From NCBI GenBank assembly GCA_038733315.1, contig JAVYPJ010000001.1:263863-327862 (forward strand): a DNA stretch of 64,000 nucleotides, in the 5' to 3' direction. The notes under the pieces were generated by a model, which saw only the letters and a program-made list of their open reading frames with translations, was not told the DNA's origin and searched no databases. The position numbers and the translations under genes are program-made. Numbering within the stretch: position 1 is the stretch's first letter; each line of letters starts with the position of its first letter. This DNA comes from Candidatus Aenigmatarchaeota archaeon (GTDB lineage: Archaea > Aenigmatarchaeota > Aenigmatarchaeia > CG10238-14 > SpSt-28). This document shows, one piece after another, positions 19,154-27,416 of the stretch.

Positions 19154-19166
19154 AAATCTTTAAGAG

Positions 19167-20378
19167 ATGAATGTAGAAAAAATAAGGAGAGATTTTCCAA
19201 TTCTTAACTTAAAAGTTAGTGGGAAAAAATTAATTTATTTTGATAATGCAGCTACAACTCAAAAGCCTAAATGTGTAATTAACAAAATAAAAGAGTTTTA
19301 TGAAAAATTTAATGCAAATGTTCATAGAGGTCTTTATAAACTAAGCGAGGAAGCTTCAGAGCTTTATGAAGAAGCTCATAGAAAGGTTGCAGATTTTATT
19401 AATGCAGATTGGAGAGAGATAATATTTACTAAGAATGCAACAGAATCCATAAACTTAGTTGCTTATTCATATTTTTTAAATGAGTTGAAAAAAAATGATA
19501 AAATTTTAATTAGCATAATGGAACATCATTCAAATATAGTTCCGTGGCAATTTGTTAGTAAAAAGAAGGGATGTAAATTAGAATATGTTTATTTAAAAGA
19601 TTATGAAATAGATTTAGAAAATTTTAAGTCAAAAATAAATAAAAACACAAGGCTAGTTTCTATAACTTATATTTCTAATGTATTGGGCTCTGAAAATAAT
19701 GTAAAGGAAATAGTTAAAATTGCTAAGGAAAATGGCGCAATGGTTTTATTGGATGCAACACAAGCAATAAATAAGTTAAAAATTAATGTTAAAAAATTAG
19801 ATGTAGATTTTTTGGTTTTTAGTTCTCATAAAATACTTGGTCCAACTGGTATTGGAGTTTTATATGGAAAAAAAGAAATTTTAGAAAGAATGGAGCCTTT
19901 TATATATGGAGGAGATATGGTTAGAGATGTGGATTTTTTAGATTCTTACTGGAACGAATTGCCATGGAAATTTGAAGCGGGAACACCAAATGTTGCAGAT
20001 GCTTTAGGTTTTGTCGAAGCAATTAAATACTTAGAAAAAATTGGAATAAAAAGAATAGAGAAGTATTTACAGAAACTAACAAAATATTTTTTGAATGAAT
20101 TTTCGAAATTAAAAAGCTTTAAGATAATTGGAAAGGAAAGTTTTAAAAAGAGAACATCAATATTTTCTTTTATTCATGATAAGCTTAATCCTAATGAAAT
20201 AGCTAAAATTTTAGATAAAGAGGGGATTGCAATTAGAAGTGGATATCATTGTGCAATTCCACTAATGAGATATTTAGGTTTATATAAAACTGGTGGAACA
20301 GCAAGAGCTAGCTTATATATTTATAACACAAAAGAAGAAATTGATAGGTTTATAGAAGTCTTAGCAAAGATAAGATAG
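19167..20378 (+). CDS. sufS: SufS-type cysteine desulfurase
   Basis: YFDNAATTQKP, NVHRG, MEHHSN, SSHK, FEAGTPN, RSGYHCA. Confidence 0.95.
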   Translation: MNVEKIRRDFPILNLKVSGKKLIYFDNAATTQKPKCVINKIKEFYEKFNANVHRGLYKLSEEASELYEEAHRKVADFINADWREIIFTKNATESINLVAYSYFLNELKKNDKILISIMEHHSNIVPWQFVSKKKGCKLEYVYLKDYEIDLENFKSKINKNTRLVSITYISNVLGSENNVKEIVKIAKENGAMVLLDATQAINKLKINVKKLDVDFLVFSSHKILGPTGIGVLYGKKEILERMEPFIYGGDMVRDVDFLDSYWNELPWKFEAGTPNVADALGFVEAIKYLEKIGIKRIEKYLQKLTKYFLNEFSKLKSFKIIGKESFKKRTSIFSFIHDKLNPNEIAKILDKEGIAIRSGYHCAIPLMRYLGLYKTGGTARASLYIYNTKEEIDRFIEVLAKIR

Positions 20379-21383
20379 GTTCTTAAAATCTGGCTTTATA
20401 ATCCACCTATCAACAAACCTTTCTTTATTCTGTAGAACAACAATTCTTGACCTTTCATCTTCATCCATGTATTTATAGTTTGGTAAATACTTAAGCAATT
20501 CTAAGGACCATTCTTTTATTTCTTCATGCTTAAGCATATCCTCTTTTTTTAATCTTTTCATAGATAAACCAAGATGCATATAGGATTTAACTTCTATAAA
20601 ATGCGGATTACCTTTTTTAATTAACTCTGCCCAGTTTTTAATCTTTGATTTATCAAAGTTTAAACTTCTTATTAGTGTAATTCTTATCGCTGTTCTACAG
20701 TTAGCCATGGATAAAAACTCTAAGCTTTTATTCCACCTTTCCCAAGCATCTTTATATATAGGAACATTAACTTTTTTGAATGTTTCTTCGTCTGCAGCAT
20801 TCATAGATAAATATAGCTGAGTCGGTAAAGCGTCTTCTTTTTGTAATTTTTCAAGCATTTCTGGCTCTTGACCGTTAGTAACAAGAAATATTGATTTGGT
20901 ATTTGGCAAAGATTTCAAATATTTTATTAATTTATCTAGCTTAGGATATATTGTAGGTTCTCCACTTAAAGAAATGGCATAATGGGATGGCATTCCTTTG
21001 AAAACCTCTTCAAAAACTTTTCTATTTACTTTGGAATTTCCTCCAAAACCGCTTAATAATCTTTTCCATTCCTTTATTAAGTTTTTAATTATTTCTTCTG
21101 GCTCGTCTACTCTGTTTTCATCTAATTTTAAAGTTTTATAAAATTTGGTAGGTCTCCAACAATATACGCATCTATTTTGACAAAAAATTCCAGCTGGACT
21201 AAATTGCATACATTTTAAACTTTCTATTCCATAAAACTTTGCTTTATAGCAACCCACATCACCCTCTAAGGCTTTTTTTTGCCAGTGACAAATTTCTATG
21301 GTAGAGTGATTATAAATTCCATATCCAGCATTCCTTAATTTTTCTTCTGTTTTTTCATCAATTCTTATTTTTTCTATAGCCAT
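20361..21383 (-). CDS. taw1: 4-demethylwyosine synthase Taw1/TYW1 (radical SAM)
   Basis: CHW, CYK.KFYGI.S..C.Q, CQNRCVYCWR, AISLSGEPT, EVKSYM..G.S. Confidence 0.95.
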   Translation of the reverse strand: MAIEKIRIDEKTEEKLRNAGYGIYNHSTIEICHWQKKALEGDVGCYKAKFYGIESLKCMQFSPAGIFCQNRCVYCWRPTKFYKTLKLDENRVDEPEEIIKNLIKEWKRLLSGFGGNSKVNRKVFEEVFKGMPSHYAISLSGEPTIYPKLDKLIKYLKSLPNTKSIFLVTNGQEPEMLEKLQKEDALPTQLYLSMNAADEETFKKVNVPIYKDAWERWNKSLEFLSMANCRTAIRITLIRSLNFDKSKIKNWAELIKKGNPHFIEVKSYMHLGLSMKRLKKEDMLKHEEIKEWSLELLKYLPNYKYMDEDERSRIVVLQNKERFVDRWIIKPDFKNLSYLC

Positions 21384-21430
21384 AATCTAATTCTAAAACC
21401 TAAATATTTATAACAATGTTATAGATATTT

Positions 21431-21769
21431 ATGAAAATATTGTGTGAAATAATTGGAAGCGAATTTTTGCCAATTATTAGAGCACTTATTTCAAGAACTT
21501 TAATAGAAAAATATGGACTTACTCAAACAGAAATAGCAGAAATATTGGGTGTTTCTCAGCCGCTAATTTCTTTTTATCTTTATGGATTAAGAGCTAAAAA
21601 TGTAAAAAACTTTTTAGAAAAGAATAGCGAGATTTTAAATGAGATCGAAAAATTATGTAAAAAGATAATTTATGAAAAAATTGATAAAGATGAAATAGCT
21701 TATAAAATAATTGAAATAGCTAAGAGGATTTATAGAAAAGAAAATATAATAATACCTTGCGATAAGTAG
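21431..21769 (+). CDS. HTH transcriptional regulator (COG2522-like)
   Basis: CE....FLP.IRA.I...L....GLTQ.EIAEILGVSQP.IS.Y. Confidence 0.8.
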   Translation: MKILCEIIGSEFLPIIRALISRTLIEKYGLTQTEIAEILGVSQPLISFYLYGLRAKNVKNFLEKNSEILNEIEKLCKKIIYEKIDKDEIAYKIIEIAKRIYRKENIIIPCDK

Positions 21770-23008
21770 CTATTCGTATCTTAATGCTTCTACAGCCTCT
21801 AATTTTGAAGCTCTTTTTGCTGGAAAATAACCAGCAATAGTTCCGCAAAGAAATCCTATCATAAGAGCTATAAAAATAGAGTTATAATCGATAACTAACA
21901 TGCTTTCTAATCTTCCTCTTAGAAACATTGTTTCAAAGTTTTTTACTATTATTTGTTGTAAGCCTAAGGACAAAAAAATTCCAAATAAACAACCAATTAT
22001 AGATCCGATAAGCCCCATAACTGCTGACTCCAGCAAAAAAATTTTTAATATATCTCTATTTTTTGCACCTATTGCTTTTAATATTCCAATTTCTTTTGTT
22101 CTTTCTAAAACTGATGTGAACATCGTATTAGAAATTCCTATGGAACCAACGATTATCGAAACGAATGCTATAGCAAGTAAAAAAACAGAAAGTATGCCAA
22201 CAGTTTCAGAAACAATTTCTCTATAGAAAGATGGTGTTATTACAGAAAAAGTCTCTTTTCCTTCTTTTTCGTTTCTTATTCTTAGTAAAAGATTATATAT
22301 TCTATTTCCAACATCTTCTATGTCATAACCATTTTTTACTTTAACTACTATTGAATTTAGCTGATTGTTTGTATTTTGAATTTTTTTAAGGTCTCTTATC
22401 GATAGGAAAATCGCTCTGTCAAAAGAGCTAAGTAATCCACCAGCTTCATTTAGAATACCTACAACTCTAAAACTTTTGTTTGCAATAAAGATTCTATCCC
22501 CTATATTTATCTCTTTTTTGAAAAACTCCTTAGAAGCTCTATAACCTAAAATAACTTCCCCTTCTTTTTCAATAAATCTACCTTCACTTATTCCTATTCT
22601 TTCCGCTTCTGTTTTTACCCAATCGTTAATTCCATAAATTCCATAAACTAATAATCTGTATTCTTCCCTTTCATACCTTACTTGTAAATTTGCTTGAAAA
22701 ACACCATACGCATTTTCAACCCCATCTATTCTTTTTATTTTATCAACATCACTTTCTGAAAATATAGATAATCTTGTCATTGTTAATTGAGCCCTTCTTC
22801 CCATTTGGATTGGTAATATTGTTATAACATTAGATCCCAGATTTCTTTCTAAGTTATATACTATGCTTTCTTCGGTAGCTTTTCCTAAGTTAAAAATCGA
22901 GATAAATACAGCTGAGCCTATAATAATTCCTAATATTGTTAGAAAACTTCTGAGTTTTCTTCTTTGTAAGTTTTTAAAAATTATTCTAAGAATTTCTATA
23001 AAATTCAT
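21770..23008 (-). CDS. MacB/FtsX-family ABC permease
   Basis: RSFLTILGIIIG, SVLERTKEIGILKAIGA, PA.RAS.L..VEALRYE. Confidence 0.93.
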   Translation of the reverse strand: MNFIEILRIIFKNLQRRKLRSFLTILGIIIGSAVFISIFNLGKATEESIVYNLERNLGSNVITILPIQMGRRAQLTMTRLSIFSESDVDKIKRIDGVENAYGVFQANLQVRYEREEYRLLVYGIYGINDWVKTEAERIGISEGRFIEKEGEVILGYRASKEFFKKEINIGDRIFIANKSFRVVGILNEAGGLLSSFDRAIFLSIRDLKKIQNTNNQLNSIVVKVKNGYDIEDVGNRIYNLLLRIRNEKEGKETFSVITPSFYREIVSETVGILSVFLLAIAFVSIIVGSIGISNTMFTSVLERTKEIGILKAIGAKNRDILKIFLLESAVMGLIGSIIGCLFGIFLSLGLQQIIVKNFETMFLRGRLESMLVIDYNSIFIALMIGFLCGTIAGYFPAKRASKLEAVEALRYE

Positions 23009-24156
23009 TTCTTTGATTTTTTTCTTTTCTTAAAGAAAATATAAACAAAAATGATTATTAGTAAAGCTGCTGCAACCAAAAATATTAATATGGTAAGATT
23101 TTGCTTTGTATTATCTCCACTTCTATTTATTTGTGGAAATCTTTTTGATATAGAAGTGTTTAGAGTGCTTCTTAAAATTTCTTCATCAATATCGACTGTT
23201 TTTATTTCATTGTATCTATTGTTCAAAGAATCCAAATAGCTTATGTTAAAGCTTATGCGTTTTTTACTTTCTATTTCAAAAGTATCATAATCTCCAGGCA
23301 ATAACTCTTCTATAAAAAAACTTTTTTCATCGTATTTTACAAAAATGTTTTTTGCCTTAGAAATACCAGTGTTTGCAATTTTTATTGTAATAAAATCATA
23401 AGATAGGCTTTCTAAAAAAACATCTATTTTTGGTTTACCAAAAACTTTAATTGAAAAACTTTTGGTTTCATTAAAAACTTTCGAATAATCTTCGTTGTAA
23501 TAGGAAATTAATATCGGAATGTTATAATATCCTATTTCTATCGATGGATTAGAGTAAATATAAAACGTTTTTCTTACACTTTCACCAACTTTAATTTCGT
23601 TTATATATTCTTCATCTTTTTGGAAAGCAAAGAATTGTAAATTTAAGATTTTTATTTTAAGATTTCTGGCAGATGAATATCCATTATTATAAAGTTCTAT
23701 GGTAGCCATTATACCTTTGCCAGGTTCTAAGTATTCCTCAGAAAAAGTAATATTATTTATTAAAATGATGGGGAATTTTATTATTCTTATAGGTATGTTT
23801 ATGAAGAAGGATTTCTTTTCCGTCCCTATATAATAAGAGACATATAGTCTTAAGTTTGATGTATCAGCACTTTCACCAATTTTTATTAAAAAGTTTTGAG
23901 TAAACTGATAAGATGGACCTAATTTTTCAATTTCAAATGTATATGGAGTTATCTGAATATTTTTGTTTTCACTCTCGAAAATGAGATTTATTGATTTTAT
24001 TTCTTCTTTTGTTGGGTTTTGTAAAGTTATAACTAAGGTTGCTATAGAATTTGGATATAATTCTTTTTCTAATATTTGATAATTTATATTAAGCTCTGAA
24101 AAACCTATTGTTAATGTGCTTAATAAAATTGCGATTATAAATATTTTAATTTTCAT
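23005..24156 (-). CDS. COG1361-like S-layer/Ig-domain membrane-anchored protein
   Basis: Signal peptide, N.G...A.N beta-sandwich repeats, C-terminal TM with basic tail; lies inside the ABC operon. Confidence 0.75.
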   Translation of the reverse strand: MKIKIFIIAILLSTLTIGFSELNINYQILEKELYPNSIATLVITLQNPTKEEIKSINLIFESENKNIQITPYTFEIEKLGPSYQFTQNFLIKIGESADTSNLRLYVSYYIGTEKKSFFINIPIRIIKFPIILINNITFSEEYLEPGKGIMATIELYNNGYSSARNLKIKILNLQFFAFQKDEEYINEIKVGESVRKTFYIYSNPSIEIGYYNIPILISYYNEDYSKVFNETKSFSIKVFGKPKIDVFLESLSYDFITIKIANTGISKAKNIFVKYDEKSFFIEELLPGDYDTFEIESKKRISFNISYLDSLNNRYNEIKTVDIDEEILRSTLNTSISKRFPQINRSGDNTKQNLTILIFLVAAALLIIIFVYIFFKKRKKSKK

Positions 24157-24827
24157 ATTTCTTCAATCCTACCATCTTTAATTTTTATTGTTCTATTAGA
24201 GTATTTTGTCAGCTCTATGTTGTGCGTAACCATAATAATAGTTGTGCCCTCTTCATTTATATTTTTAAACGTTTCCATAACTTCTTTTGAAGATTTCGAG
24301 TCTAAATTTCCAGTTGGCTCATCTGCTAAAAGAATTTTTGGATCATTAGCTAGGGATCTTGCGATTGCTACTTTTTGTTGTTGACCGCCAGATAACTGAT
24401 TCGGTTTATTATAAAATCTACTTTCTTCTAAACCAACAAGATTTAAGAGTTTTGCAGCTTTTTCTTCTGCTTTTTTTCTTGAAATTCCTTTTAATAGCAT
24501 TGGAAGCATTACATTTTCTATTGCATTTAAGTATGGAAACAAATAGTAAAATTGAAATACGAAACCTATTTTTTCTCTTCTAATTTCAGCAAGTTCATCT
24601 TCGCTTAATTTAGAAATGTCCATACCATCTATTATTACTTTTCCTTTATCTGGCTTATCTAAGCAACCAATTATATGTAATAGAGTAGATTTTCCAGAAC
24701 CAGATGGACCTAGGATTGATAAGAAATCGCCTTTTTCAATCTCTAAGTTTATATTCTTAAGGACTTCGATTTTATTATTTCCTATGATATAGCTTTTACA
24801 AACATTAATTAGCTTTATAATCTCCAT
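24153..24827 (-). CDS. ABC transporter ATP-binding protein (LolD/MacB type)
   Basis: GPSGSGKST, LSGGQQQ, LADEPTGNLD, VTH. Confidence 0.95.
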   Translation of the reverse strand: MEIIKLINVCKSYIIGNNKIEVLKNINLEIEKGDFLSILGPSGSGKSTLLHIIGCLDKPDKGKVIIDGMDISKLSEDELAEIRREKIGFVFQFYYLFPYLNAIENVMLPMLLKGISRKKAEEKAAKLLNLVGLEESRFYNKPNQLSGGQQQKVAIARSLANDPKILLADEPTGNLDSKSSKEVMETFKNINEEGTTIIMVTHNIELTKYSNRTIKIKDGRIEEI

Positions 24828-24874
24828 AATTTTTAGTCTTTAAGTACTTTAAAAATTTCCTTAGAGTAAGTATT

Positions 24875-25318
24875 ATGAAAAGATTAAGTTTACCGCCCTT
24901 AATAAAACATTTTGAAGCCTTTTCTGCTTTTGCAGATAATAGAATTAAAAAAATTGATGAAAAAAATTATGAAATAGTATCTTCTGATGCCTCTAAAATA
25001 TACAGAATTTATGTTGAAGGTATAAACGATAAAGAATTTTTAGTTTATAGCAATGATAATGGAACTATTTTAAGAGGTTATATCGGCTATCCGATTTTGG
25101 CTGTATTAATCGAAAAGAAAATTTTAGAAATGCCAAAAAACTATTTGGTTTTAAAAGGAATTAAATGGAAAGAATTGAATGAAAAATATAAAAATTATCA
25201 GAGGGTTTTGGAAATTGTTAAAAGTAGAATTGGGGATAAGAGTTTTGAAGAAATATTAAACATTGCTTTATCAAACCAAGAAAAATTAAGCAAACTAATA
25301 TTTTATTTAAAAACATAA
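24875..25318 (+). CDS. Conserved hypothetical protein
   Basis: PP.IK..EA...AD.RI, SS...K.Y, SNDNG...GYIGYP, LKGIKWK motifs; function unknown. Confidence 0.7.
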   Translation: MKRLSLPPLIKHFEAFSAFADNRIKKIDEKNYEIVSSDASKIYRIYVEGINDKEFLVYSNDNGTILRGYIGYPILAVLIEKKILEMPKNYLVLKGIKWKELNEKYKNYQRVLEIVKSRIGDKSFEEILNIALSNQEKLSKLIFYLKT

Positions 25319-25322
25319 TTAT

Positions 25323-26132
25323 TCAAAGTTTAATTTTCTTTAAAAACTGAAATAGTATGCTAACTAAGTTTATCGCATCTTTTTTTTCTTTTATTAAAAA
25401 TTCTACAAAATCCATTCCAACAATCTTTACGCTTTCAAAAGAGTTAACAATTTTATAAACATCATACATATCTAATCCAAAAGCTTCTGGAAAGTTTGAA
25501 TTTATTATATAGCTATCCATAACGTCTACATCAAAGCTTATGTAAATGCTATCAAAAGAATTTAAAAAATCTTTTATTTTCGATATAGAGTTTTTTAGTT
25601 TTTCTTTTATTTCAAATGTTGTTAAAAAATTAATCTTTTCATTCTTTAAGAATTCTTTTTCGTCTTCATCTATACTTCTAATACCTACTAAAAAAATTCT
25701 TTCTGAATCTACTAAGTCTAAAAACCTTCTTAGCCAAGTTGCTCTAGAGTATTTACTTTTATAAAAATTTTTTAAATCTGCATGGGCATCGAATATTAAA
25801 ATTCCGCTGTTTTCATTACATATTCCTAAGGAAAATAGCGTTGTCAAATGATTACAAGAAAAAATTATCGGAATTTTATTATCATTAATTACACTTAAAG
25901 ATTTTTGATAAATCTCATCAAAATCTTTGAATTTATAGTTTCCTAAATCACAAATCTTTAAATTTTTTAGAACGTTTTCTAAGCTTTTAGGATCTATAGG
26001 TTCTATATCTCCAAAATCTCTTAATTTTTCCAAATTTTTTTTCTCACTATTTTTTTGATAAAAAGAAATTGTGCAAACGTTAGAATTATTATATTCAAAT
26101 ATAGCAAACTTAAATTTTTTCATAATTTTCAA
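25323..26132 (-). CDS. Arginase/agmatinase (ureohydrolase) family protein
   Basis: FDAHADL, GIRS, SFDVDVMD, GMDFVE. The GGDH motif is altered to SCNH. Confidence 0.8.
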   Translation of the reverse strand: MKIMKKFKFAIFEYNNSNVCTISFYQKNSEKKNLEKLRDFGDIEPIDPKSLENVLKNLKICDLGNYKFKDFDEIYQKSLSVINDNKIPIIFSCNHLTTLFSLGICNENSGILIFDAHADLKNFYKSKYSRATWLRRFLDLVDSERIFLVGIRSIDEDEKEFLKNEKINFLTTFEIKEKLKNSISKIKDFLNSFDSIYISFDVDVMDSYIINSNFPEAFGLDMYDVYKIVNSFESVKIVGMDFVEFLIKEKKDAINLVSILFQFLKKIKL

Positions 26133-27198
26133 TAAAGAATTTAAAGTTGTTTATTCTTATAGATTTTCCATCTAAATAACTTTTGCTTGCAGATAAATTT
26201 TGCTTTCTAAAGTAATTAACTATAGATTCTATGCTTTTCGGACTTTTTTTAAACTTTTTAGAAAATAAATGAGTGTTAAATGTTATAGGGGGTATAGTAT
26301 AATCTTCACAAAAATCTTTCATAGCTTTTTCAAATATTTTTTTTACATCTTTAAACTTAGAATTTTCATAAGCATTTTTAATAAAATTCTCATCAAAAAG
26401 TTTTCCTACATATGTAACTCCCATATTAAAAAAGTTTTTATTACATATTTCACACTTTTCATAAATTCCAACTTTTTTATTCATACAATTTTCACAGAAA
26501 CTTAAGAAACCTAAGCAATTTTTTAATTCTTTTTGTATTTTTGTTTTAGAGCATTTTTTTAACAAAACATAGATTTTTACAAAATGTTTTTCAGAATAGC
26601 TAAAAAGAACATTAGAAGAGAAGTTAAAGGAGGAAAAAAAAGTTATTGTTTTTGAAATAAGGTTTCTTATCGCTAACTCTCTTTCCATATCAGTTTCACA
26701 ACAGTAAATACCATATCTCATCAAACATTTTTCACTGTATTTGCCAGAAAGAGTTGCAATGTCTGTTGCAGTTAGTGAGAGCAAAGTTTCTTTTTTTAGA
26801 AAATCTATTATGTATGGAAAAAATGTTATAGGAGTTCCGAAGGGATCTATATCAATAATTTCAAACTTTTCGTTTAATACACATTTTAAGTTTTTTGCAT
26901 TTTCATTAAAAATATTAATTTTTACTTTGTTGATTTTAGCATTTTTTTTCAGATAATCAACAGCTTTTTTACTAATGTCATTGCTAAAAACCTCTAAAAA
27001 AGGTAAGGATTTTTTTATTCTTATTGAGTTAGTTCCTATGGAGCTTAATAAATCTAAGAGTTTGTAATTTTCTTTTGCGTAATTTTTAAAAATTTCTATA
27101 TTTAAGTTTCTTACTATTCTCATTTGTGGGTTATAAAATGCCTTTTTATCTAAGATATTTTCTAAATAAAAAATCGCATCCTCTTCTTTTACTTCCAT
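26110..27198 (-). CDS. trm1: tRNA (guanine-26 N2,N2)-dimethyltransferase
   Basis: FYNP.M...R, ND, IDIDPFGTP, TATD...L.G, two CxxC pairs. Confidence 0.9.
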   Translation of the reverse strand: MEVKEEDAIFYLENILDKKAFYNPQMRIVRNLNIEIFKNYAKENYKLLDLLSSIGTNSIRIKKSLPFLEVFSNDISKKAVDYLKKNAKINKVKINIFNENAKNLKCVLNEKFEIIDIDPFGTPITFFPYIIDFLKKETLLSLTATDIATLSGKYSEKCLMRYGIYCCETDMERELAIRNLISKTITFFSSFNFSSNVLFSYSEKHFVKIYVLLKKCSKTKIQKELKNCLGFLSFCENCMNKKVGIYEKCEICNKNFFNMGVTYVGKLFDENFIKNAYENSKFKDVKKIFEKAMKDFCEDYTIPPITFNTHLFSKKFKKSPKSIESIVNYFRKQNLSASKSYLDGKSIRINNFKFFIENYEKI

Positions 27199-27256
27199 AT
27201 TTTTGAAACAAACGAAAATAATATATATTTCAATAAAGATTTATCATTATTATATC

Positions 27257-27319
27257 GGGCTGATGAAAGACGAATTATAAAGTGTAAAGTAATGGCGACA
27301 TGGGCACCTATTGAAGCCC
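27257..27319 (+). ncRNA. Candidate box C/D sRNA predicted to guide 2'-O-methylation of 23S U2552 (E. coli numbering)
   Basis: Terminal stem GGGC/GCCC; box C UGAUGA 27261-66; C'-like UGGCGA 27293-98; D-like UUGA 27311-14. Guide 27301-09 is complementary to 30057-65, and the N+5 position pairs with U30060. Confidence 0.7.
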
Positions 27320-27380
27320 TATATGCAACTCCCAGAGAATTCTGGGGGTTAAGGTTGAAAGCTATGATATGAGCTTAATG

Positions 27381-27416
27381 AGAGAGGAGATGCAAGATAG
27401 CATCTGGATTAGTGGC
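27381..27416 (+). other. 5' arm of the pre-23S processing stem (bulge-helix-bulge)
   Basis: AGAGAGGAGATGCAAGA-TAGC-ATC(bulge)-TGGATTAGTGGC pairs with 30419-30454. Confidence 0.9.

Noticed and set aside
27260..27300. CTGATGA as a hammerhead ribozyme core
   Set aside because: No stem II followed by GAAA and no stems I/III; the box C/D reading fits better.
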